The position numbers and the translations under genes are program-made. The notes below the pieces were generated by a model. The model was given only the letters and a program-made list of their open reading frames with translations, was not told the origin of the DNA and did not search any database. This document shows, in pieces, positions 28,661-41,735 of a stretch of 64,000 bases of DNA. The stretch comes from Trichinella spiralis (lineage: Eukaryota): NCBI RefSeq assembly GCF_000181795.1, contig NW_003526946.1:361668-425667 (forward strand). The letters are read 5' to 3'. The stretch's first letter is position 1; every line of letters starts with the position of its first letter.

Positions 28661-29355
28661 CAGGGCACGCAACTTTCTGACTAATGAAAGCCGCGCTTAG
28701 CATCTTTAATGTCACAACTGCCGCAAGTGAGCCCAACCACACTGTCCTTTGATATCCAATTCTGCTTTTAGTAAACATCTTTTACTATGGCACACATTTG
28801 AATAAAATTCACAAGAGCGGTTAGATGTTTACTGAGGTACATGAATTTTTAAGGTAATCTATATGACTCGCCTTACTCTGGCATCATTTCTACAAGACGT
28901 GAAAAATCAGGCTTTTCATTAGAAACCATCAGCCGTATTCTAGCCTCCAGATTGTCATTTGCTAGTCGACTTCAGTACTTATGTTTGAAATATTTCATCC
29001 GTGAAAATGCTGTTTTGCACATGCAAATGCTTCCAAAGAGAACGAGAATGTTTCTGGCCAGTTCTCGAAGCTTGGGATAGTTGACAGCTACATTCCATGC
29101 TTCTCTGAGGTCATATTTTTTTCAAATTTCTTCATTAGCGGTTCATTGTTCTTCAGTTTGACCAATTCCATTTGAAGATCTGACGGTGTACTTTCTGTCG
29201 CCACAAAATGAATCGCAATACTGCAAAGATTTTTTCAAAATCCTTAAAACGTACAGAAAATTCCTTCAACAATTGAAATTCAAATTTATTCAGCTTAGCA
29301 TTGCTCTTCCACGGCAGCACATTTTTGGCTGCACGGCCGCAGGTTGCGCACCCTG
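28661..29355 (-). mobile_element. Internally deleted hAT transposon (Buster/SPIN/Charlie type)
   Basis: TIRs CAGGGCACGCAAC and GTTGCGCACCCTG. The minus strand encodes a hAT C-terminal remnant with a stop: PSDLQMELVKL...YPKLRELARNILVLFGSICMCKTAFSRMKYFKHKY*SRLANDNLEARIRL...PDFSRL. The 8-bp flanks only partly match. Confidence 0.85.
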
Positions 29356-30530
29356 CTTTAAAGGTTCGCTAAATGTTTCAACAGGCATCTTTAACAATGC
29401 ACATTATTAAGGTTCCACGCATACTGACCTCTAAATATAATGATGCAACAAATATTCAGCCCAAAAATTATGGAATGGGGTAAAATTTTATTCTGGTCAT
29501 TCATTCAATAGCAAAAACAGTTGAAAATTTTGCGATAAACCATGGAAATATCAAACGGACTTGTATACATTACGATTAATCACATTTTCCCACAGGAAAT
29601 AAAAAAAAGTAATTTAATAGTGTCTTTATTTTTATATATCTCGTTGTAAAAAAATTCAAATAAAATGAGACAATTCTAAAGAAAGATTTTTTAATTGATA
29701 AAAAAGAAAGTGATCCAATTGTTTACCTTGTACATTCATTTTTTGGCATATCCTAGTGTCTGCTTTTAGCTAGCAGCAGAAACATAGAAGGAGAAATGCG
29801 TACACATAAGTGCATACAACTGAATTAAACGTATTTAAATTTAGTTGGCGGGAAGATAAGCCATTGCAATTAGACATTGAGCAAGCGCATAAAGATTTTA
29901 GTTATGAAATATCAACCAAAAATATTAAGCATTTAGGAACAAATACTAATAAATAAGAAATATATTATTAAGCAGACTAAAAGTAAATAAATATAAACTG
30001 TGTTGAAAGGTTACATGTAAAACTAATTAATTAATTAAATATAGTGAAGTGGAATTTAACAAGCACAATTGCCATTTTTGTTGATGATAGCAGAATGAAT
30101 ATTTTTCTTAAATCAACGTAAAAGCATGGCTGGTGATGTGAGAAACGCTAAACTAAATGCATTTTACATGTTTTATTTTCAGTTATTTTGTTATGAAATC
30201 TGGAAAAAATTTCATTTAATTGAAATTGAAATACACATATTGACATCAATATTGATACCAGAAGACGTAGATGTATTAATAGCACATAAAGCAGGTACCA
30301 GTATTATTAAATAAGTAAGCAATAAATTAGCAACTTAAATTATTTCGTATTTAAATAAACATTTAGTGTTTCAGTTAATTGTGTTGGCAATGTAATTAAT
30401 ATAAAATAAATAAATACTCGAAAGCATAGTCAAGCATAAATATAATCATATTTAATTATACATAAGAGATACATATAGGAAAAAGAATATATAAGATAGC
30501 AAATTACTGAAGTAAGCAAAGTTCATTAAA

Positions 30531-32144
30531 ATGAAGTTCACAACGGTGGTTTCTATTTTGATTTTACTGAAAACCTCTACTGCACAGGTGGCAACTTGCA
30601 AGGACGATGCTAATGCTAATACTGACTGGTAGGCATAATAAAATCACAGCTTGTTGAATTTTTTTTTACTTTTAAAGCGTTCTACATAAAACAGACACTT
30701 AAATTAAAAGCTGAAGTATTAGACACTTAATTGCATAATCATGAAATTTATTAATCATTATTATCAAATCATTGATTATTATCATTAGAATAAATATAAA
30801 ATAGCAATCGAAGCATCATTCACATTCTTACATTTTTAATGTACTTTAATGTATCATAACTTTCTTTTGCTACAGAATTTTTATTTTAAGGTTTTTTGTA
30901 TACAAACCCCCAAATTCATTGGACAGCAAAATCATAAAATCAGCAGTAGCTCCAGCTTGGAATCCTTCTGCTCGAGCTATTGATCAAGACGCAGGCCATT
31001 CAATATTTAATACAATGGCAAGTTTCATAGCAAACCACGTGAACATCAAAGTTCTTGCGTATAATGATAATCCACCAAATTTGCCGCTACGAAATGAAAA
31101 AAGCAAAGCTAAAGGTTATTTTAAAGTTGTTTATTAAAACAATATTCAAACAAAATAAGTGTATACTTTGTTTTTAGGAGTACTTTTGGTTGACAGTACA
31201 GTAGCTGACGCAGCAGCGTGGTTTGTGCACACTGTTCCTAAGTTTTTGGCACATCTTGGCGGCTACTCATGGCCAGCAGCAGAAACACAAAAGGGGCACA
31301 TGTTTTTGTGTGTATCATTTACTGAAGCTTCTTTAAATTCAGTTGGTATAAAAATAGTATCTTTCTTATCATTTTTATACTTTTATAAAATATTACTGAA
31401 AAGTTTCCAATTGTAATTTTTAGCGTTCATTTATGATGAGCATTTTTGAATTCAATTTATGTAATACCAATTAATTAACCATTGATTTATAGCTAAAGCT
31501 ATTCGATACCAGGAACCATTCATATACGCTAATAATTTATCACCTGAACTTCTGAATCAACATGTAGAACTATCTAATTTAATAACGGGAGCTCAGATTC
31601 GAGTAACACCTTTTTTGGAACATGCAAAATTTACAACAAAGTCGGCAGATGGAGCAGCTGCAAATATAGAAGCTTTCGGAAAACACACAAAATCACATTC
31701 AGGTAATTTTGTTTTTACTGAATTATTAAAAGAAATAAAAGTGTAAAATATAATTAGATATGTATGCAAAAGTTTTGAAAAATAAACTTGCTGCCAACAT
31801 CAGAATATGGGCACCTTCAGATACAAGATCGAAATCAATTTGTAAAGGACAATATCAACTACGAAAAATTGCTTCTCCAATGCAATTTGATGGTGTTCAA
31901 GTGAGCCGTGAAACTGATAGCGCAAGATGGGCGGTTGTTGATGGAAAAAATATCGTTTGCCTTACAACAAATGATTATAAAGTACATTATTGAAATGAAC
32001 TATATTCATAATTTTATATATGAAATTACTTTATTTTAGACGACTGAAAAGCAAATTCCAGGTGCAGCTGTATGTTTAGAGAATGCCGTCGTTTATAACA
32101 CTTTCAGCACTGCAGCATCTAATCTTGAAGCATGCAACAAATAA
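30531..32144 (+). CDS. Secreted DNase II-like (plancitoxin-like) protein lacking catalytic histidines
   Basis: Exons 30531-30628, 30891-31114, 31178-31345, 31493-31702, 31758-31981 and 32040-32144. Signal peptide MKFTTVVSILILLKTSTA. Family motifs: DWFFVYKPP, LAYND, SKAKG, WFVHTVPKF, GHMFLCVS, DSARW, GAAVC. Confidence 0.92.
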
Positions 32145-34221
32145 TTTTTGATAGTTATGATGCCAGTTTCTGTTTCTTGTGAAGTAAAAAATTATTTACC
32201 ATTTTTCATTTTCTTTCACTTTCAATATTGGAAATTACAAATTACCTCCTTCATAATAATGGTTTTTGAATAAACTGCGTTGGTACCAAATGTGAAAAAT
32301 ATTTCATTGTAATGTTTAATACGGAAGGAAATAATATTGTTAACTGACTTTCATATTTTAAAATGGAAAAATATGCATTACGTAAAATTTATATGCGTCA
32401 TAATATTGGACTAAATGTACTAAGCAAGTTGCGCTTCTCAGTAATGCAGTTCTAGACATTGGTGTAAAAATAACTGAATTGACGAAATGCCAATGTAAGA
32501 TTAATGGCAAAATTTAAACTTAGCTTTCATTGCGCAGTGCTATGGAATATTTTAAATATACTACTGTAGTGCGACAACAGAAGTTATTAATTTACTAACA
32601 GCAAACGCAAATCATTTTCTTTTTTCATTTCTCAGAATATTTCTGGAAGAACTTTTGTCCTTACATTAACTGCAGAATTTAGTAAATTTTTCTCAGATTT
32701 AAGCTGGAATAAATATTTCAAGTAAAAATTTAATTATAAATAAATAACTGTAAGTTGAAAGAGTTGTAAGCAGTTGTAATTCACTTTTTCAAAAGCCTTG
32801 CTTAAAAATTTCACTGTGCCATATTTTGAGCTGCAAATGAACAAACAAATGTTTTAAAAATCCATTTGAACAAATTAATAAGCAGACAAAATATAAAAAT
32901 GCAAAATTATTGGCAAACAAGCAGATAATAACTGATTTAGAACTCAGTGACAGAATTGAAAATTCAGATATTTTTTCATTTCTTTAACTTAGGCTGTTAA
33001 AGATATTTGTCCACGCATTTGCATTAGATTCTATTTAATTGCACTTTTAATGTGTTGTTTTATAAATATGTAATCGCATTTTAAAGTTTGTCAATCCTTG
33101 ATTTTGAACGTTTTTCTTTTGTGAATTTCTTCACAAAATATATACAATTCATTGTATAATTTCCCATGATAATTTTTATTAACTAACTTATTTTCAATTA
33201 TAATGATAAAATAATTTGAGTCAAGCAAACAACAGCACACTAAATTTTAATTCAAAATCAAATTTTCCGTAATATTTCATAAAAATAAATAAATTCAGAT
33301 GGTTTTTGGTAAATACTGCTTTTGACATTTTTTAATCTCCGCATTTATCAACATGAACTGATTATATAATGCTTATTCATTAATTTTTATTGCATCTCAA
33401 ATATTTCATTTTTTAAATGGCTTGCAATGAGATTAATTAATTAACTACATTAAAAATTATAAAAATGTGAAAGATAATGAAAATTTAATTTATGATTTTT
33501 ACTCATTTCTTTATAATTTATGATACTCATAATCGTATTTTGCTTTTTTTCAATTCAAAATTCATTTTAATACTGCATGTTTGTTGTCAGTATTAGATAT
33601 AAAACATTCCTTTGCTATAATATAATAAATTTAGTTAGTATTAACGTTATTAAAAAAATGAAATAATTCAAAAGTAAAAATCTCGTTCACCTTCTTACTT
33701 TTTAACAAAAGCATGCAACATAAAAAATACATCACCTGCGTTTTTGGCTTTCCCCTTTCCTTTGCTTTTAACTTATTATTTTGTTTAATGTATTTTTCAA
33801 AAGATATTTATACTTTTAATAAAAAAATAATTAATAACTCACAGCTGCAGAATACGCTGCACTTTTGTTTTAGTAATACTAACGTCATTGTAGCATAACC
33901 ATTCATCATTGAAATTAAAATTAAAATTGATTTTGAAAAGCAGTATCTTCGATATGATTTCTTTTGTTTTTACTTTATTTATTTGTTCAAAAACATCATT
34001 TTCATGCTTCATGATTCATGATAGATAAAACTAACGTAAAAATCACTGAAAACCAAATACATACATACATAGTTAGTTAAAAAACAGTATGGAATGTTTG
34101 TACGGTAGACACAGAGGGCGAAACACGCTGCACATAAAGTTTTCTTAAATAGCAAATCCAACATCACAAATAACTGAGAACAATGAACAACTGGAATAAA
34201 TATTTGTCAAATTCAACAATC

Positions 34222-35343
34222 TTACAAACTAAGCCTCCAACCAATGAATGACGATGGTTTCATACCAGCTATCAGAAAATTACCACAAGTGTCAAACTCC
34301 AAACTCATGACTTCTTTTTCAACAGTTCTCGTCCACAAAAGTTGAGGTAGCTTCTTTCCTTTCACAATTTTCAGAGTCCAGATGCTGATTATTTTTTGCG
34401 CGTATGCGGCAGCTAGTACACTTTTTCCAGCATGAACAGTAAAATGCGTAAAAGTCACATTGTCCATAAAACTGTCATTCATGCAGCATATAGGCCTTGG
34501 GTTGATTACATAATATTTTAAACTGTGATCGATTTCAATAATTTCTGGAAGCCAAACCTGCAGAACCCCGTCCATTGACAGACTTGCAATTAAATTGCCA
34601 AACCAACGAATTCGTTTGATCACATCCTTGTGTAAATCAGATATTAAGACACACGGATTAGACACCACTGGAGGCTTTCTTCGTTCTTCTACTGAAATTC
34701 CGCATTCTTCTCCCCAATTCCACATAAAATTCACCGATTTGGAAGAACCTCCAAATATCACCCAACCCGTACGCAAGCTGAGTTCAGCTGATATTATCTC
34801 ATCAAATGATTGCAATAATGGTTCAAAAACACGTAAACAACGTCCAGTACGAGCACTAATAAGCTTCATCGTACGATCCGCACTCGCAGTCACAAAAGCG
34901 CCAACTTTCTCTGGCAGCGCTGTCATATCACGGATCTCACCATTGTGCGCAAAAACAGTTAGCATACTTTCATCATTTGCCCGAATTATATAAACTCGAC
35001 CAAGCTGTCCACCAGCAACAATGCATGAACAATGCGGATTTGATCCATTGACCCATGTACAACAGCGGAGAACTTCTTCAGGAAGCATGTAACCAAATAC
35101 TGCAATTGGTTTCGTATATCCCCAGTTGTAAATAAATAATTTACATCCGGAGGTTATTACAAACACAGGATTTCTATTCTCTTCCTGTGGGCAAAAAGCA
35201 ACAGAAATATCACCTTCCAAATTTTTATAGTCAAGCACAAAATCTTCTTCATGAATATTATTAGCCGGAAAAACATTTACTTTTCTTTTACTTTCATTTC
35301 TAACTGCTGAAGCTGGAAGTTGAATTGTTTTTTTCGGTCGCAT
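34222..35343 (-). CDS. Divergent EED/ESC/MES-6-like WD40 protein with an intronless CDS
   Basis: Single 373-aa ORF from the ATG at 35343. Collinear with EED/ESC: EEVLRCCTW (ENFYTCAW), VAGGQLGRVYII (AVAGSRGIIRII), DEIISAE (DEVLSAD), DLHKDVIKRIRWFGNLIASLS..LQVWLP ([27 protein letters not shown]). The WD40 call is secure; the EED assignment is moderate. Confidence 0.75.
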   Translation of the reverse strand: MRPKKTIQLPASAVRNESKRKVNVFPANNIHEEDFVLDYKNLEGDISVAFCPQEENRNPVFVITSGCKLFIYNWGYTKPIAVFGYMLPEEVLRCCTWVNGSNPHCSCIVAGGQLGRVYIIRANDESMLTVFAHNGEIRDMTALPEKVGAFVTASADRTMKLISARTGRCLRVFEPLLQSFDEIISAELSLRTGWVIFGGSSKSVNFMWNWGEECGISVEERRKPPVVSNPCVLISDLHKDVIKRIRWFGNLIASLSMDGVLQVWLPEIIEIDHSLKYYVINPRPICCMNDSFMDNVTFTHFTVHAGKSVLAAAYAQKIISIWTLKIVKGKKLPQLLWTRTVEKEVMSLEFDTCGNFLIAGMKPSSFIGWRLSL

Positions 35344-36671
35344 TATTTCAAAACAACGGTAACACTGTGACAAAAATTAAATGTTGAAACTTTTAGCACA
35401 CTTACAGTAAGATAATAAAGTTCAATTTCTGTTCCAGAAAACATTTGAATAATTTTGAAAATTACAATTGGAAAGCATTATTAAAATTTGTATAAATATA
35501 ATTATGCATTTTATAAAAATACAAAAAGTAAAATATTATATGAAATATTGAAATGGGCTTGATTTCTTCAAAAAATCTTCACTATTAAAAATTGCTATTT
35601 AAACTGACAAAAAAAAACTTTATTTGCATATTTTTTCATTAAAAATAATATTTTATATTTATATGCAAAAATAACGGAAAACAAAAAATGATTGACTTAC
35701 GGTACGGTAATATAATTAAAAGTGAATTAATGAAACTCAAGTTAATGAAGTTATTTCAAAAATAAACTCCTGCAAAATTTATCAACTTTTTTAGCATGAA
35801 ACCTGAAAAACAGACTTTCTCAATAAACATGCACAATGGCAATCACATTTTGTTTTTAATCACAGTCAGACATGAGAAGTTTAAAATCGCTCTCAGAGAA
35901 AAGTATTGAAAAAGTTTCAAAATTATAATTTAAAATATCAGTTGAATAAAAATATGTCTAAAGCATCTTAAAGATAGCTGATTCTAATTTTTATTAACAC
36001 AGTTAAGAAAGGCAGTAACGTTTATTTTCAATGCTTTTCATTCAAAAGTTTAGCCGGAATAAAATAATATTGACAAAAGTAAAATGTCATAAATATTTTT
36101 GCTGTATTAATGAAAGTGTTTTCCTTAAATATGGTGTGAAGCTAATCAAATTAACTGAACGTAAAAATTAAAATGACTTGCGGAATTAATGAAATGCTTT
36201 GAAATTTTAAAGTTAGCTGAATTTTGGCGTTTTTTCAATTCCTTTTTGAACTGTCACGAAAGACTAAACTAAGCAGTGTGGTTTATTCTTGCTATATTCA
36301 TTTGTTTCTATTGTGAGTAAACAACAATTTTAAAAGTCAAAAAACCTGCTCAGTAAGTACATAACACTTCAAAAACTTTTTATCACATGTTTTGTGAGTT
36401 CTTTATAATGGCTAAAGTGGCTGCATTATGCTTAACAAACAATTCTAATGACTAATGCTTTCATGCTTTAAGTGAAAAGACTAAAATATCGTTAAAAAAT
36501 AAGAAGGTACAAATAATAAGAATATTTAAAAAATAAAGAATTATTATTCAGCTTATTGTAATTATATCAGCAAAATACTTAAAATAAATCACTTCCTTTA
36601 TATTTTATTATATTTAACCAGAAAAATAGTAATATACTGCTCACTTGTAATTTTTTATATTTTCGACCTAT

Positions 36672-37003
36672 TGTAATAAAGGTAGGGCACAATATTATAT
36701 TTTGATAACTAACCAAGTTCCAATAATGACTGTAGTTATTCGCGCCTTATTCGTCCACGTGACGAATAAGCTTTCTCTGGTTCTTTGTTAACTGTGATAA
36801 CTACTGCGTCCAAGCAAATATAGGTCCACACAAATTTATTGTCCTCAGCAATAACGACAATCAGAGAGAAACAGTTTTACTCAACGATATCAAAACAACA
36901 CGCTCAAACACACGGTTGACTTCACAGCAGCTACGACTGATACTACTACTATCATTTTTTACCACTGCTCTCTCTGCTCTTCTTCTCTCATATATTGTCA
37001 TCA
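36672..37003 (-). repeat. 3' LTR of the BEL/Pao element
   Basis: Minus strand reads TGATGAC...TTTATTACA, with AATAAA at 36835-36840. Segment 36672-36842 is repeated at 41736-41909. Confidence 0.85.
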
Positions 37004-40000
37004 TGGAGCATTACCACTGTTGTACCATTTTTGCCTGATATTCAAATTTGTCACATACTCTGCTTTCCAGCGTTTCCACCATTGGGAAATTAAACGCTGT
37101 CGCAAGTTGCAGTTCTTCATGAGTTGTGACGTGGACTGTGTTTTCGGTACCCATTCATCTTCATCTTTAGTGATTTCAGGAATATCAGTGTAATGGGTAC
37201 CCGTCAAAAAATGGTACGGAGTGAGAATTTCCAGATTTGAGTTAGTTGACAATGCCTCCATTGAGACGGTTCCATTAACGGTTGAATATTCTCGACTCGG
37301 TTTTGGATAAAGGGTTTCCATCTTCTTGATATGCCTTTTATCCAACATAAAGTAATCTTGCTGTCCGTCCAGCAAGTCAATCTGTCGATCCTAATTTTTA
37401 ATGCCTCTTTTACGAAGGTTATCAATTTAGCTGCCATTAATTCCAAACAAGGGAGAGTCATCTTCTTCAAAGGTGCAACCCTCGATTTGGCCATTACAAC
37501 ATTTGAAATTGAGCTGTGGTCTTTTTTCTTCACCACTACATATACCACTGCTTCATAGGCAGTCTCCGATGCGTCTCCAAACGCGTGCAGCTCAACCTTT
37601 TTTATTGTGGAACCATGAAATGGGATGAGACACCTTGGAATTCGGATATCTGATATATCACCCAATTCCATCTTCCATGTCTGCCATTCCTTTTGCAGCT
37701 CTGATGGTAACTCGTCATCCCAATTTAAACCTTTTTTCCACAACTTCTGAAATAGTACCTTCGCCTTGATTATGTATGGAGATAGGTGACCAAGAGGATC
37801 ATACACCTTCGCAGTAACACTTATCAATTGACGCTTCGTGTCACGCGACCAAGGATCGACATCAGAAAGAGCACTATAAGCTAATTCATCGTTTGCCGAG
37901 TCCCAAACGATGCCTAATATCTTTGACGTATTAGTGTTCTTTCCCAATATATCTTCTGACGGTACATCCGCCAACACCGTGCCCAAATTACTGACCCATT
38001 TAGTCAGATGAAATCCGCCTTTTTTCATCAATGACACCAACTGTCTCACAGTTTCTCTGGCCACATCATCTTCATCTACTGAGAATACGATATCATCCAC
38101 ATACATATTCTCCAAAACTTGATTCGCCCCTTGTGGGAATCCTTGTAGATGATTCAATGCGTGATGTCTCGTCACGCTCATTGCCAGGAATGGCGAGCAA
38201 GTAAGCCCGAAGCATACTCGCCTAAAGCGGAATATTCGCGGTGTTTCTTGAGATCCCAACTCTCTCCATAAAAATCGAGTAACATCTCGATCCTTTTCAT
38301 GTAGCCCAATCTGCAAGAACATCTTTGATATGTCTGCTTGCAGTCCTACACGAAATCTGCGGAAACGTAATAATATTTGGACCAGATCTTTTTGAAGCGG
38401 AGGTCCTGGATCTAACTGTCTATTGAGGGAGTCATTACGAAATTGCGCGGATCCATCAAACACTATCCGGCATTTCGTGCTGGATTTGTCTTCTCTTAGG
38501 ACGGTATGATGTGGTAGATACCACGTTCTTCCAGGTCGTCCTTGTACGTCATTTACTTCTTCGACAATCCGTTTTCTAGGCATTCTTTCATTCCATTCTC
38601 ATATAACTGAGCCTTGGTAGGATTCTACGCAAGCTCCGTTCCGTTTGAATTAATCGATCCAAAGCCTGTTTATAATTGTTTAGTAGTTTTGATTCTTTAT
38701 TTGACCAAGGAAGCTGTACTTCGTATCTTTCCCCGTCAAAATGTACTGTTTTCTCAAACAGTTGTGAGGCTTTTGAATCGGTTTCCTTTTCTTCGTCTTT
38801 TATTCCGATGGCTTCCAAATCCCAAAAATTTTTCAAAATATCATCAAGATGATCTTCTATTTTTGCAAACAACATCTTGGTGCTCTTCGTGGGAACTTTT
38901 CCTGGAGTCGGACCACAAATGATCCATCCCAACGTGGAATGTATTGCCATCGGTTCTCCCTCTTGACCTTTTATGATGGCTTGATTAATAAAGTCGTAAT
39001 AGTAGTCCAGGCCAATAAGTACGTCAAAGGTGGAAGATAAATCAGTAAAATCTTCTGCAAGTTGCAAGGACGTGAAGTGGCTATATTGTTTGATATCTCA
39101 ACGGACGTTCGGACGGTCAGTGATTTTCTTTAAACACAATGCTTCCACCATTTGTTTCTTGTGAGACTTATCTCTCACCGATGTCAACCAAAATTTTACC
39201 CGGCGTATTCGTAAACATTCACTATTAATGTTTCCGAAAGATTCTATGTTCACTGTTTCGAAAGGGCCTTTTAAGCTTAAAGCTTCTGCGACACTCTTCT
39301 TCACAAAAGAGCGTTGTGAATCGCTATCGAATAAACAGTTGACAATCATAGAATTTCCGTCTTCATTATATAGTCTAGCATGGGCTGATTGAAGCAATGT
39401 GCCTCGATTACCAACCATAGCATGAGTAACATGAACTTTATTTTCCTCTAGTGTATTAGGTTGGTTTTCAATGACCGAACGTTTCTCTTGGTTCAGATGA
39501 ATCAACGGGTGGTGACGTTTAGAACACTCTTTCACTCGACACCTCAGCTTTGCTTTACAAGTTGTTACTAAATGGCCTTTCTTCAGGCATAAGAAGCATA
39601 GTCCCAGCTTCTTCACGTTCGTTATTCTTTCTTTAGGACTCATGCGAATGAACTTAGGACAGTTTTCTATGGCATGATCCTTCTCACAAATAAAGCAAGC
39701 TTTCCTTACCGTAGCTTGTAATGCGGCTGTAGCATACTGTCCTCGTGGAACAGTCTTCCTGTTTGATGGAAATGGAGATACAAATTTTCTTTCTCTTCCT
39801 GGAAACGTTGATACTTCTCGACATTGTAATTCTGTCTTCAGAAATGACAGCAATTCATACATATCTTTCTGTCGGTTTGGATTTTGACGTTTCCATTCCA
39901 CAGAAATTTCTCTCGGCAGTCGAGATAGTATTAATGGCATCAACACGGCTTGATACACTACAGGTGGAGTGTTTAACGTTTCCAGACCACGTATATTAAT

Positions 40001-40670
40001 CTCCATATCGCTCACAAATTTTTCCAGCCGTTTCAAATCCCACTGATTTGTTATTACCGGTAAGTTTTGTAGGCTCTTCAAGTGTTCTTCAATAAGGAGT
40101 TGAGGGTCTCCAAATTTCTCGTTTAGGATGGTCAATGCAGTTTCATAATTAACCGCATTCAGAGTCAATCCCCGAATAGCAGTTTCTGCATTCCCAGATA
40201 ACAACGATCGTAAATAATTGAATTTTTCAATCGGCGACAAATTTGAATTGGAGTTGATCGTTGCCTCAAATTCATCATGAAACCGTTGCTAATCATGGTA
40301 CTCACCATTGAACTTCTTTATCTCCATCTTTGGAAGTCGCACGTTCGAGCTTCCGGCTTGAGAAATTGGCATAGACTCTGTAGATTTCACGTTCAAGTTC
40401 ACGTTCCTTGTTTTCCACCTTGATTTTGAACTCTGTTATGTCGGCACATACAGTTCCTTTTTCTTCAGTATAAACATCAATTGCTTTCTGGTCCATAGAG
40501 TTATCGAGCAGCTTTGTGATAATTTCCTCATATCTGGACCATGTGTCCATAAGCTTTGCGAAACAAATCTGTCTTGTTTCAGCACTACCATCTGAAGCTG
40601 CTTCCATGTTTTCCATGGCAGTCTTTAGCCAACGTACCTGAGCAGCTCTTCGTTGAGCCAAGTTGTCCAT
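37001..40670 (-). pseudogene. gag-pol pseudogene of the BEL/Pao element (integrase core deleted)
   Basis: Broken ORFs at 40302-40703, 39098-40240, 38588-39067, 37204-38583 and 37001-37375. Confidence 0.9.
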
Positions 40671-40768
40671 AGTTGACAATCTTTTAACTGTTTCTAACTG
40701 CAATATAGCGTTGCAGACTAGCTATCACCACTTGAGAAGTATCTGGTTCTCCAAATCCAGCCTCCTTC

Positions 40769-40786
40769 TCCTGGCTCGTGGCACCA
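40769..40786 (-). other. Primer binding site of the BEL/Pao element
   Basis: TGGTGCCACGAGCCAGGA on the minus strand, just upstream of gag. It adjoins the 5' LTR once the nested insertion is removed. Confidence 0.7.
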
Positions 40787-40794
40787 AAAAATAT

Positions 40795-41733
40795 TGTTAA
40801 GGTCAGAATTGCAACAGGCAATCTGATGCTCAAGTACTAATCAGCACGACGCTCGCTCGTCAGGCCAAACGCAAGTGAACTGTATAAATAAAGTGGATCT
40901 GGTGTAATCTTTCACGGCGTAGACTGTGATCAGGGTACCAGCACTCTAGTCGACGGTGATCTCCTTCGCTGACGTTCTCCGGTTCACTGTCTCCGCGACC
41001 ACGATACGCTACGACTGCAAATGCTCGAAGTGTACGAACACGAGCTACTACCGTTGTTCAATAACGGTAATCCAAATACCTCCACTACGGTACGTACGAG
41101 TCTCCCGCTCGATCGTCCTTCCGTGTGCACTTCGACCCGGTTCGTCCAAACACTTCCGACACGTCTCTTCCCAATACTGCCAACCATTACTGCCGACACG
41201 TCTTCTCTCGTACTGCTAACACCTTCTCATCGGCCAACACTGCCGCCAGTGCCTCTTCCAGTACGACCAAGACTTCCAACATTTCCGCGCTGACTATCAA
41301 CACTGCCAACGCTTTTGCTATCGCTTCGGTCACTACTTCAGTCTCTATTACTCTACTGTACTGCTCGTGGCGCGATTTCTGGCCCTATATATAGAGCCAG
41401 AGTCAGCGGCCCCGCGGTCGACCCACGCGAACTACCAATAAGTGCTCGCGGGAGTGCTCGCTATCTCCGGCGCCGATCTAAATCCTTGTCGGATTCCAAT
41501 TATGCTATCAAAAGTTCAGATCCTTTGATCTTGCGGTAGTCTATTGTCTCGCGAGCGACGGTCAGTCAGGCGCAGCAGGGGGCCTCTCTGAACCCAGTCC
41601 GTTGCCGCCAGAACGCTCAGATAGCGATCTGGCCGACGGGGTGCGGGTATTGTTCTCGTCCTACCCGCGACTTCTGGCCGCCAGCCCCTAGCCAGGTCAC
41701 ACCGACTAAGTCGATGTTGTTACGGACGTAGCA
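40795..41733. mobile_element. Nested solo LTR (~940 bp) of a different family
   Basis: GC-rich block with termini TGTTAA and TAGCA, flanked by a perfect 5-bp TSD AATAT (40790-40794 and 41734-41738). TATATATA at ~41386. Confidence 0.8.
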
Positions 41734-41735
41734 AA

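Noticed and set aside
40956..41539. Overlapping Pro/Thr/Ser-rich ORFs
   Set aside because: They lie inside the GC-rich nested solo LTR and show no domain similarity.
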